DNA from: Pelomyxa schiedti
Taxonomy: Eukaryota; Protista; Evosea
Direction of reading: 5' to 3'
NCBI GenBank assembly: GCA_020536535.1
Contig: JAHLWZ010000810.1
Coordinates: 73,122 to 127,055 of the forward strand
Length of the DNA stretch: 53,934 bases
The notes beneath the pieces are model-generated. The model was not told the DNA's origin. It saw only the letters and a program-made list of their open reading frames with translations, and did not search any database. How positions within the stretch are numbered: position 1 is the stretch's first letter; the number at the start of each line of letters is the position of its first letter. The position numbers and the translations under genes are program-made. Below are positions 1 to 9,960 of this stretch, piece by piece.

Positions 1-1102
1 CAATTTACTCTTCCCTGTTGCATCGTAGTTCTGCGATTATAAGGTATGCCATTATCACCTGTCAACTGGAAACAACGACCGTGTTAGTGGTGGAGCAGAT
101 AGACTAGTTCGTCTGTGGGATACTCGAGTGGCAAATTCAGTGAGCTCTCTTATTGGTCACAGAGGTCCGATTAGAACTCTCACTGATTCCACGCTCGATG
201 CTCCTTCCTCAATAATTGTATCAGCTGGTGAAGATAATATCATCAAGGTTGTGGTGAAGGGTCTTGCCTTTATAAACTCAAAACCAGGTCTGGGATCTCA
301 AAAAAATGGACTGCCTGTATACACTTGAGGGACACACAAATTTTATAACGCAAGTTCTTTTTGATTCTAAGACGATCATCAGTGCCAGTTACGATTGTAC
401 ACTGAAGGTAGTTTCTCCAAAATCTTTTTATGGTACTGACATCATTGGGGTTACTAGTGTTGGGACATGAAAGACTCTGGAAGATGTACTCGTAGTTTAG
501 TGGGTCACCAAGGAAGTGTTAACTGCTTTGCTATTGACAAATCATCATCTAAAATTGTTTCTGGATCTGGTGACAACATGATTCGAGTGTGGGATCATGA
601 CTCAGCAAATTGTTGTGCTGTACTACGAGGACACTCTGCTGAAGTAACATGTCTGGCTTGTGTTGATGGATGGTATGCCTACCCATGAATACTTGTCAAG
701 GGATGTCTCACAATGTTTAGGGTAGTATCCGGAAGTGAAGATAAGACTGTGAGAATGTGGACACTCAATGGTGATTGTGTAAAATTGCTTAGAGGTCATG
801 ATGATTCAGTATGTGACATAACAACTAACTATCTATATTTTTTGTACTCTTTACATATTTGTTTCATGCCAACAGCTCACAAGTATATACGCACAAAGTA
901 AACTACGCATCATTTCTACTTCCCGAGATTCCACTGCCAGAATTTGGTCCATAACACCTCCCCAGCCTCCGACGACCACAGGCTCTACTTTTGTTCTTGG
1001 GCACAGGAAATATGCTGCATCAGTGGATAACAGTCATTTCTCCCAATTAAAGAGTTCCAGTCCTGTCAATACTAAGTACAAGATCAAACAAAGTGAATGG
1101 TA
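1..1102 (+). CDS. WD40-repeat protein, 5' end cut by the window edge. Multi-exon, with introns at about 247-287, 411-460, 674-720 and 830-872.
   Basis: At least five consecutive WD repeats with the GH...WD pattern are readable. These are RLWDTRVANSVSSLIGHRGPIRTL...SAGEDNIIK, WDLKKMDCLYTLEGHTNFITQVLF..SASYDCTLKV, WDMKDSGRCTRSLVGHQGSVNCF..SGSGDNMIRVWD, VLRGHSAEVTCLA...SGSEDKTVRMW and LLRGHDDSV...STSRDSTARIWS. The repeats are joined by short GT..AG introns. The architecture resembles FBXW7/Cdc4 or TAF5 beta-propellers. Confidence 0.8.
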
Positions 1103-1118
1103 GTAACCCATTCTCAGG

Positions 1119-2009
1119 ATGTCAATTCCATTGAAGCCTGCTGCTCCAGCACCAACTCCCACTAAATCGGGGTTGCCAATGATGCTTCATCATAGGACGC
1201 TCAGTGGTGACTCGACAAAGTCCTCTGGCCCGTCACCCTTCCACACAACACCCATAATCATCACCCCATCACAATCTGTACAAGCACCCACGCCATCAGT
1301 CACAATATCCACTGCCGACTCCACTCCTTCACCTACTCCATCTCCAACTTCCTCACCAACACTCCCTCCAATCCCTCCACCGTCACAATTGCCATCTGGG
1401 TCCCAATTCTTATCCCCATCAGCAGCTCACATTATGCCCCCAGCAGCAGCTCCATCATTGGACTCTCCCCAGCAACAGCATCAGCAGCATCAACAGCAGT
1501 TACTACCCCCACTTCCCCTTTTACCCTCATCAACCTCAGGTACTAACCTCACAACCACAAATGCAGTAACCCCTCCTCCTTCAACACAGACACTCACACC
1601 CCCCACATCCCTCTCAGGATCCTCATCATTTTTCTCCAAATTCACGAAAAAGAAGCAACCGGCCCCACCAAGCACCCCATCGCATACAACGACAGCACAC
1701 ACACCCACATATACACACACACCACCCGATTCCACCCCAATTAAACAGCAACCACAGCACACACCCAGTGAATCACAACCATTACAACCAGAATCCACCA
1801 TTACAGTTGTTCCCAATGTACAACAACAGATTCCGCATTCAGACTCACCAATCACAACAACAGCTACACCCCCAATACAACATTCGCACCGGAGACAGCA
1901 ACCGCAGCACCCACTGCCACCAACTCCACAGAGAACTGATTCAACTAGTCCCACCCCAGCAGATAAGGATAACAACAGAGTACCAAGCCCGTCACCCAAC
2001 AAACCATAA
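1119..2009 (+). CDS. Pro/Ser/Thr/Gln-rich low-complexity ORF (296 aa). It may be a separate mucin-like or disordered protein, or untranslated sequence downstream of the WD gene.
   Basis: Uninterrupted 891-nt ORF made of cca/aca/tca-rich codons. Both strands are open over this low-complexity stretch. A genomic A-run follows at 2017-2040. Confidence 0.3.
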   Translation: MSIPLKPAAPAPTPTKSGLPMMLHHRTLSGDSTKSSGPSPFHTTPIIITPSQSVQAPTPSVTISTADSTPSPTPSPTSSPTLPPIPPPSQLPSGSQFLSPSAAHIMPPAAAPSLDSPQQQHQQHQQQLLPPLPLLPSSTSGTNLTTTNAVTPPPSTQTLTPPTSLSGSSSFFSKFTKKKQPAPPSTPSHTTTAHTPTYTHTPPDSTPIKQQPQHTPSESQPLQPESTITVVPNVQQQIPHSDSPITTTATPPIQHSHRRQQPQHPLPPTPQRTDSTSPTPADKDNNRVPSPSPNKP

Positions 2010-2249
2010 ACGAATTGCTAAAAAAAAAAAAAAAAAGAAAATCAAAAGCAATCACAAAGACCCAAGTGCTCACTGCTCCAAAATACCAGGAAGCTACAAC
2101 GCTTCTTGCGGGAATGTCTCAACTCATTACACCTCCCACTGTCCGGAAAGCAGCTGGAGGACAGAAGTCCTGAATACTAACACCGAGAAGAGACTACTAC
2201 CCCTCAGCTCGTGCGGTTCGCATAAGTCGTAGTTCGGCCGTTAGTTGGA

Positions 2250-3313
2250 ATGGCGGCACAGAAGGAGGGAAGGGTGTTACTGTACGGACCGTGCTGTGTG
2301 GGGAAAACGGCTCTAATGGAGTCGTATGTGCCGGTCTTGTTGCGACTCTGCTCGGCACTCCTTTTTTTTTTTTTCTTTTTACCAACGCACTTTGAAATGC
2401 AGGTATTGCAGTGGTCGATGGCGTCCGGAGTCTTACGACGGTTCTTTGGAAGTTTCGGTGAGTAGCCCAAAAATTGTTTACATCCTTGCCAATCATGTAG
2501 TAGTACAAAAAAATGGTGGTTGTTGATTCTGTTCCTGTGATACTGGAGTTCTTGGACACGTGTGTACCAGGGACCAGTAGCATTTTTTCTTTAACGACAA
2601 AAACAAAACAAATTAAAATAAAACAAAACAAACAAACAAACAAAAAAAAGTGCTGGGCAGGAAGAATATCCTTCCATGCTATCACAGATGTATGTAACCA
2701 CTTCTAGAAGATTTTTTTTTACATTGTGTGCCACTACCAGTTTCCGGAGTGCAAATGTGGTCCTTTTATGCTTCTCTCTTGATAACCGAAGTACTTTTGA
2801 TGACGCTTTGAACAGATTCTTCCCTGAAATTCGTCAAGAATCGCAGGTAGTTAAAAATAAATGGTTTCTTTACCGAACCTCTTTACCATTGGTTTGTGGG
2901 TTTTTAGGGGGTAGTCATTCTTGCTGGTCTCAGACTAGACCTTATTAATACAGAGCACCCTTCAACCAGTGACGTATGTACTTTCTTGTGCATTGACAAC
3001 CGTTTAAATATTGTTCTTACTTTGCGTGCAGCCGCCTTCAGGGACCACAGTTTCATTTCAGGAGGGTATTTCTGCAGCTATAAAAAATGCAATGTATGGT
3101 TACTTTCAATGCAGGTGCAGTGTACTATGCTATTGTTCCTTTTACCAAAACTTGTTTAGCGCCAAGCAAGCAGTTGGCCTGGACAACCTTTTTGTGGAAG
3201 TATGCCGAGCTGGGATGTTTGGCGACAAGAAGTCTATGTCCACAAAAAAACCAGGACTCTTCAGTTTTTTTTCAAAAAGATCGCATAACAAGCCAGTATC
3301 CACACAAAAGTGA
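2250..3313 (+). CDS. Divergent Rho/Ras-superfamily small GTPase (multi-exon).
   Basis: Exon 1 reads MAAQKEGRVLLYGPCCVGKTALMESY, a P-loop of the form GxxxxGKT. A switch II-like exon reads FLDT | AGQEEY, which matches DTAGQE if an intron lies at about 2562-2651. Further exons read ANVVLLCFSLDNRSTFDDALNRFFPEIRQ (compare Rho FLICFSL..ENVxxKWxPEI), GVVILAGLRLDL (degenerate NKxD position) and PPSGTTVSFQEGISAAIKNAMYGYFQCSAKQAVGLDNLFVEVCRAGM (compare the Rho C-terminal helix). The protein ends ...STQK with no CAAX box. Confidence 0.6.
2595..2645. repeat. (CAAA/CAAAA)n simple repeat inside a predicted intron of the GTPase gene.
   Basis: acaaaacaaattaaaataaaacaaaacaaacaaacaaacaaaaaaaa. Confidence 0.7.
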
Positions 3314-3425
3314 ACCTCTACTACTTCTATGTTCTTTTATCTCATTTTTGAAGTTCCCACCATACCGTGGATATCTCTCCAGGAACTGTTGTCCAAACTT
3401 CACTGAACGTCATCCCCAATAACAT

Positions 3426-4528
3426 TTGGCTCTGTACGTAAGACACAAAAAGTTTTTTCCCCAACCCCACAAATCAGTTGTCATGGAATACCTTGACTTC
3501 CCGGCACTGATCCGGGTCTCTCGAACATGCAAGCTGTTTTATCACCTTGCCAAGACCGAACCAATGTGGACAAATGCATTTCGTGGGGTTTGGAATTACC
3601 CTGGCTTTGTTAAAGGATTGAGTTGGAAAAACCCCTCGTTCACATGGGACCCTGAAAGGTGTTTCCATGACTATGTTCCCCCTCCACCAAGACGCCGGCG
3701 TGTATGTATCACATATATGAGTTGGCATTCCTCAAATTGCGCAGTCCGGTTCAGATGACATTGTCTGCTTTGGTCCAAATACGAGCATCTTGCTGTCTAA
3801 TAACAAGGTTTGCCCTATGAAAGACCTAGCAGTCGGGAATCAAGTTCTTGCTTTCTATCCCACTTACAATGACTGTGGTTATTTTTCTCTCGCTGTTGTG
3901 CACTGCATTTGGAAGTGTGTGTTTCGCGATTCATACAAAATCTCAGACCTATAGATGTCCAGTGCATCGGGCTATTCCAATGATTGTTATTCACAGCAAC
4001 TCGACCGACTCAGCAACCGAGTCAGTACTTGAAATCACGCCCGACCACCCAATTCTACAGCTGAATGACCACTGTCAACAGCACCCAGTGATTACGCAAA
4101 TAACCAACAATGAACACAACAAGTGGTGCCTCCCTACCGCCCTCGGTGAACCACAAATGATTGATGTGGAGTATGTCTACAACATAGCACTGCAGTCACT
4201 CCCACCGCGGCAACACACACTCAGCATAATTCCGGCATCAGATTCCATCAACAGCGGCACCAGCACAAACGATACAGCTTCCAGTGGTTCCAGCCCCCAC
4301 TGCCCTGATAATGATTGCGATGGTGTTGATTACGACCCTAACACACAGAGACGTGGTGGAGGAGGTGTGGTGGTTGGTAGGTGGTGCTGTTGCACTCTTG
4401 GGATGAGTGTCCCTGGCTACCCTGATGACTGGTGGGGTACTGACCGTGTCATATCCTGGCTGGAATCCAGGCCTGACTTCCCAAATGTACAATCACACCC
4501 ACCACTCCACCACTCCAAAAAGTGCTAG
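3426..4528 (+). CDS. F-box-like N-terminus fused to a Hint (Hedgehog/intein-type) domain. Predicted intron at 3702..3744, and a second intron near 3895..3946.
   Basis: The F-box-like segment reads MEYLDFPALIRVSRTCKLFYHLAKTEPMW. A canonical donor GTATGT at 3702 and acceptor tgcgcag| at 3744 join in phase to SGSDDIVCFGPNTSILLSNNKVCPMKDLAVGNQVLAF. This matches Hint block A (CF...V.L.dG...i.dL.vGd.VLa). Downstream, ...SVLEITPDHPILQLND carries the TxxH motif of Hint block B. The ORF continues to ...VEYVYNIALQ and a Ser/Gly-rich tail. Confidence 0.55.
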
Positions 4529-4696
4529 TAATGAGGCTGCTCTGCTCAAGCCAACAAAAGTTTTTCCTCCTCTATTCACTCCGCATTCCTTGAAAATTTT
4601 CCGAAGATGAACAAAATTTTGTTCGTTCGTCTCAGAGCCACGGCTTTGAGAGAACAAAGGGGCTGTAAGGAAAAAAAACACAAACAAATGATACAT

Positions 4697-6140
4697 TTAA
4701 CTGCCACGCAAGGGGCAGCTTGAGGTGGGTGATAAAGGGGAGATCTGTGGCTCAGGTCTCGTTGGGTTGGTGGTTGTGTCGGTGGAGGCGGAAACACGGC
4801 GCTCGCTTTTTTGTTTCTTCATTTGTGCGGGGTGCTCGCGAATGAATACTGTTGTGTTGGGTGGAATGTCCTCTTGAATCCACGAGTTTGCTCCAATACT
4901 CACATTGTCACCAATGATTATTGGGCCTAGTGTTAATGGTGAATTTTATGGAAAGTAAAATTAAGTACTTGTAGTTTGGGGGGACGTTATGCTATCATAC
5001 CTAACAGTTTTGTTCCAGTTCCTATAACTACATGGTTTCCAACAGTAGGGTGCCTTTTATAGGGCCCTTTTTTGAGTGTCTTGGTGGATTCGTCAATCTC
5101 GAAGTGGAGGGCGCCGAGAGTCACGTTTTGGTATAACCGGCACCAACTTCCAATTTCTTTAATTGACAACAAATTGAGAAACACTTATTGGCGAGGGCTT
5201 GATTACCTGCAGTTTCTCCTATCACAGTGCCCACCCCGTGATCGATGAAGAAATACTACAGTTTTTAAGTGATTGATTTCCCATTAGCATGGACATCACA
5301 CCTCACCAATTTTCGCTCCTGGATGCAGATCGATCGCTGTTAGTCTGTGGACCATTTCACATAATTCTCTTGGATAGACAAGTGCCTTCACCAAGTAAAA
5401 TTCATGTGCTATCCTTTGTATCATCACTGCAGCAAGGCCTGGAATGTCTAAGTTCCTCACAGGAAAATAGAGTGACACACTTGGATAACAGCGAATGATT
5501 TCCGCAATTGAAGCTGCTGCGGGATCACCCTGGTATGCTGCTAAAACTACATGATCATTATAAATACAATGAACGAAGTACAGTTGAGACTCTTACCATC
5601 TTTCTTCAGTAGTTCCCGTATCTCCCCCAGCTTCAAAAATACAACGACTACCATTCCCACAACACTTAGCACATCCTGATGATACGGGAAAATCCCATCA
5701 AACATTACTCCTGCGAGGTGATTCAACTTCTCTCGCAATAGAGGCTTGTTTCCCAGTACAGCGAGTTCACAGCAGTTATAAAACCGCGGCCACATTATCT
5801 GTTAATATGAGGAACTTAGCTAGCACCCCAAGTGAATGACTACTACCTCCATAAGCAAATCCAGCTCCGTGAAGGTTATTCTCAATGGGAAGGTTACATA
5901 CCTTCCCATGTTGGAGCTTGCCGTTACCCTAGATGACTGCATCTCTCTTAGGACAGGATCCCTCCCGTCGCCTTGCTGTACTATTCGCGCTGGCGAAACA
6001 GACGCGGCAGAAGCCACCAAGGACGTGAACCGCTGGTCTGCAGAATCCAGCTCATAACTACGCTGCAGCGACGCAATCACATCGCTAGACACAATTGTGT
6101 CCAGGTGAGGAGCAAGTGGGACCGGCCAAACGTATGACAT
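4697..6140 (-). CDS. Serine O-acetyltransferase (CysE/SAT family, left-handed beta-helix hexapeptide repeats), multi-exon.
   Basis: Minus-strand exons read [13 protein letters not shown] (compare SAT DIHPGAKIG), [14 protein letters not shown]....[20 protein letters not shown] and [17 protein letters not shown] (compare IGAGSVVLKDVPPRTT). N-terminal exons read [43 protein letters not shown] and [14 protein letters not shown]... Confidence 0.8.
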
Positions 6141-6277
6141 TCAAAGGCACTCTTTAGCAGCAACTCTGTCACCTCTGTAACTTTTGTTTTTCCAGTCTGA
6201 TTGATGACTGTACGTGGCTGTGGGCCCCTTTCCACTCAGCAAAGAATTACACACAAAACACGTTGCACCTGTGTGTA

Positions 6278-7655
6278 TCAATCTTTTGAAATGGAAAAAA
6301 ATCCGGAGATGGAAGACGCCTCCCTGATCTTTAGGAACGACCTTCTCAGAGTAAAGTTATTCGTCTTCGCCACTTTTTCGCCTAAGATTGAAAGAAAATC
6401 TGGGCTTCCTAAATTTGAAAAGAAGCTTCGTTTTGATTTGATATGAACAGAAATCTTTTTGTGTGTTTTCTTGTTCGTTACAATCACAGGAACTGTAGCG
6501 ACGAGTTGAATAGTGCTTCCAGATTGTGAAAGGGATGTTATGATATTAGCAATGATGGTTTCCAATAGCGGAGCTTGGGGACATTGTGGTGGTTAATGCT
6601 GAACTGTAAAAGCCCTCGGCCACTACGAACGTTTAGCAGCTCTTTGATTGACTGGAAGGGAGGAATGATTGGTGCGGTGTCAAATTGAGGAAATGTGATG
6701 TTACCAGGAACGGGGGGCCAATAGCTGTAGAGTCTGGAAGTGCCTTGTAGCTGCCCTCATCATGTTTAAGTGCCATGCATACAGCTTCTCCAATCAGCAT
6801 CAGTGCGCACGTATTCCCATCTCGAAGAGCTGAGAGAGTCATATTCAGAGCAAGTGTGACCTGCTCTGCCTTGTCACTTGGAGAGTACCTATTCAAACCG
6901 ATGTTACACAAAAACTCAAAGATGGGCATTACCCTAAGAGAGTTACAAAGTCAAATAAGCAAGCCGCAGGATTTAACCACGCAGCGCCCCCACCTGCCAG
7001 TGATACAATTTTGTAGTTGTATTTGACCAATTCCTGAGCAACCATATGCCCTCTAATACCTACTTGGCAGTACTAACGAAGGTTTTTCATTTAGAATAGA
7101 GATCAACAAGTAGGGTGCAAAAGCATACCACAACAATAAGTTTATCCTGAAAAGCCCTACGGAATGCTTCATCTCTTATAGCAGTAACAACCAATTCTCC
7201 CATCGGAATCACGGTACTATACCAATTACGAGGGGGAAACAAAGCCCCAAACAACAAATGCATGTGTAAAAAAACAAAAAAAAAAAAATAACAAAAAAAA
7301 AAAACCTATTGGGAATTGGTGGCTCCGCAGCATAAGGTTCGTCCCTCTCCACTATGCACAAAACGGCAGTCTTCGCACGGCCTTCCTCCGTAGACAGTAG
7401 CTTTTGCAGCGTCTGTCTGTGGATCTCCAGATTGTCCGCGCCCCCCGGCGACCCGCTCCCACCACTGCCGTTTAGCTTGGCACCACTCCCCGGATGGCTG
7501 CACATCGTCGGTCGTTGTGTGTGACTTGTCACAACCAAAACTGGAAACTGACCCGACGCCTTCCCAATCGTTTTTCCTGATTCGACCCAGCAACGAAATA
7601 GTTTCCCCTTTTCCCCTAAAGATGGTGGTGGTACAGTGCTGTTGGGTTTCCGCAA
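6278..7655 (-). CDS. Hypothetical multi-exon gene, function unassigned.
   Basis: Minus-strand ORFs at 6278..6565, 6633..6929 and 7209..7655 have protein-like composition. One exon reads KIVSLAGGGAAWLNPAACLFDF, followed by MPIFEFLCNIGLNRYSPSDKAEQVTLALNMTLSALRDGNTCALMLIGEAVCMALKHDEG. I could not match any family with confidence. Confidence 0.3.
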
Positions 7656-8168
7656 TGTGATAATTATTACTTATCCGTTGTTTGGTTTTTTTTTTGCCCC
7701 TTCGGTTTGCTTCAGGGGCGTGATTTTGGCTTGGGCTTGTTCTCGATAGTATCAATGTCAAATGGAGGATGCCCAAGTGGAAGGAGTGCCTGCCAGACCC
7801 TCACTGAGGCTGGATGGGGTGGTTGCTGATAGGGGTTGCATACAACTGTTTTTTTTTGGGGGGGGGTTTTGTGAGAAATTTGGGAATGTTGTTTAGAAGG
7901 TTGGGCTGGTAGGAGTACTCACAGGAATTATCTAGTTGAAGTTCTGTGTGGCACTCTGGTAGGGATGCGGCCATGGAAACTACAAAGTTGTCAAGGTCAT
8001 CATGCCAGTCACCTTGGTGAAAATGTTTTTCAGTGAAAGCGTGATTGTGGAATGGAACTGACCTTCCTTTACCATGGACAGGTATCCACCAACGGTTGTA
8101 TGTTGAACTTTAAGCTTGATTCGCTGGTCATTGTCCTCAAGTGGCACCAAGAATCCGGCAGTAAAAGT

Positions 8169-9942
8169 CTAGTTCAGTGTGTTAGTTTGGAATTTAAGAA
8201 TGGGAATATGTACTTGTGCGAGATAATGGCGTGCAAGTCCATGCCAATCATTGGGAGCCAAGTTCAAAGAACTCCAGTAGTCAATCGGGGACTTTTGGTA
8301 CTGGAAAAGATGGCGGGGAACAAAATCTTCCAAAAATTGCTGTTGGAAAGTATGTTTAGAGTAACGAAGACCGGTTTGTTGTCTACATACAGCTGCCATA
8401 TTGATCGTCCTGAAAAGATCGGTCTTGGAGAGTTTAACATTGCCCATGTCACTGTCTTGAGGCAAACGTTTTCTTCTTTTCATGATCAACTTCTCCAACT
8501 CCTGGATTTGAGAATGCACATTCTCGTTGATGGCCCTACTTAGCTCGTGATTGGTATCCAGAATGGCGGCATATGGATGAAGACAGGTTACAAAAAGATT
8601 TTCAAGCGCCCTTTGGGGTTCCCTGTTTCGAAATGTTACTCGTTGCGAGCAAAGAAACAACACGAAAGGAACCTCAGAAGATGCTCGGTGTAAGCCCGGT
8701 ACATATCAAGTTCTCTATGTTCCATGTGAAGGTGAAGGGCTAAAAGAGCATTTTCAGGAGCAATCTGTGAGAATTCTATAAGTTGTCTATAGGGGTTATC
8801 ATGATTACTTGGAAGAACAACGAAGAAGATAGACCCTATAAAAATGTGAGGGTCAAGTATGAAATATGATGCACATACAGGACCAGCAATTCGTCTGGCC
8901 ATAAATGTGTTTGCTGCTGGGACACGTGCAATATGCTTCACAATGGTGTAGTACATTAGTGTGTCATAGGTCTCATTAATGAGCCAACGCAGAAGCCCAT
9001 AGCCAGAATGAAGTGCAGCAGTGAGAGGATGGATAGTCAAGGTAGCGAGAATAGCACTAGACGACTGCAAAACGCCAGTGACTACTATCCGCCAGAGATA
9101 TCGGATAAGAGGGAACCAGTTTGTCCTTGTGCTGGGAGAGGTCATCAAAAAGTATTTAAATAGACTTAAGATTGTACATGGAATTGGAGTCATAGAGCCA
9201 GATCCTGTACAGGTGAGATACGACTACGGCGACAGGGACATATAACACTGCAGATGGAACGAGAAGTGTCGAAAGCAAGAGGTTTAAAAGGGTAAGCGGT
9301 GGTTGGCAGGTCACAATCAATGCTGTGGAAAGAGAACCCTATGCTCTTATTAGTGCAGGAGAAAGGACTCGGGGCAGAAATCGGACTAAAGCAACCTTTA
9401 TCAAGTAGTTCCATATCGCGTTGAAAATACGTGAGACATTTTTGCCAAGGAAGCCTAGATCAGGGGCACTTTCAAAGTCCGAACGGGATTTGAAAGCCTA
9501 GCTACAAGCTCAACATAAACAAATAGCTGGGAAGTGCGTACGCTTGTCCAGGCTGCACTTACACGGGATGCCAGTGTACCAAGTTCTGTTTTTGATGGGG
9601 ACAGTTTACCAGTGGACCAGTCAAAATCTTCACAAAAGATGTTGGAAAAAAGGAAAATACAGCTGCTTGTGTACCTAAACCAGCAGGGTACTTCTTGATT
9701 CTAAAAAGAGACTGCAAACTAAGTGGACCCATCCACATATTAAGGACAATAATCCCATACCTAGAAAGGGACATGAACTTTTTTTGGAAGTGGAAAGTGT
9801 CGTACCAGGTATTCAACAACCAGTACCCGGTTCTGTGAAAGAGTGCTCTGACTCTCCAGAACAGTTTATCAGTGTATATTTTAACTTGTGTATGCTTGCG
9901 AATAGTGTATCTTTTCTTCAGGGAATCAGATGGCACCTGCAT
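8169..9942 (-). CDS. Polytopic membrane protein, possibly a lipid-linked glycosyltransferase or an ER membrane enzyme. Family unassigned.
   Basis: ORFs at 9559..9942, 8636..9193 and 8169..8663 on the minus strand contain several hydrophobic helices, for example ILSLFKYFLMT, IVVTGVLQSSSAILATLTI and IFIGSIFFVVLP. A loop reads NPYRQLIEFSQIAPENALLALHLHMEHRE. A plus-strand ORF at 8052..8543 overlaps and cannot be excluded. Confidence 0.4.
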
Positions 9943-9960
9943 CCTGGGTTACTATACTAC

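Noticed and set aside
1096-1113. Possible 18-nt GT..AG intron that would join the WD40 gene to the PST-rich ORF.
   Set aside because: Removing it gives an immediate in-frame stop. It is also much shorter than every other intron seen here.
1490-2002. 170-aa Cys/Gly/Val-rich minus-strand ORF.
   Set aside because: It is the antisense of the Pro/Thr/Ser-rich stretch. It is a composition artefact, with a repetitive GGV/CC translation.
5836-6057. 73-aa plus-strand ORF.
   Set aside because: It is antisense to the N-terminal exon of the serine acetyltransferase gene.
8052-8543. 163-aa plus-strand ORF overlapping the minus-strand membrane-protein gene.
   Set aside because: It cannot be excluded. 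The minus-strand ORFs form a continuous series with hydrophobic helices, so I treat the plus ORF as the less likely reading.
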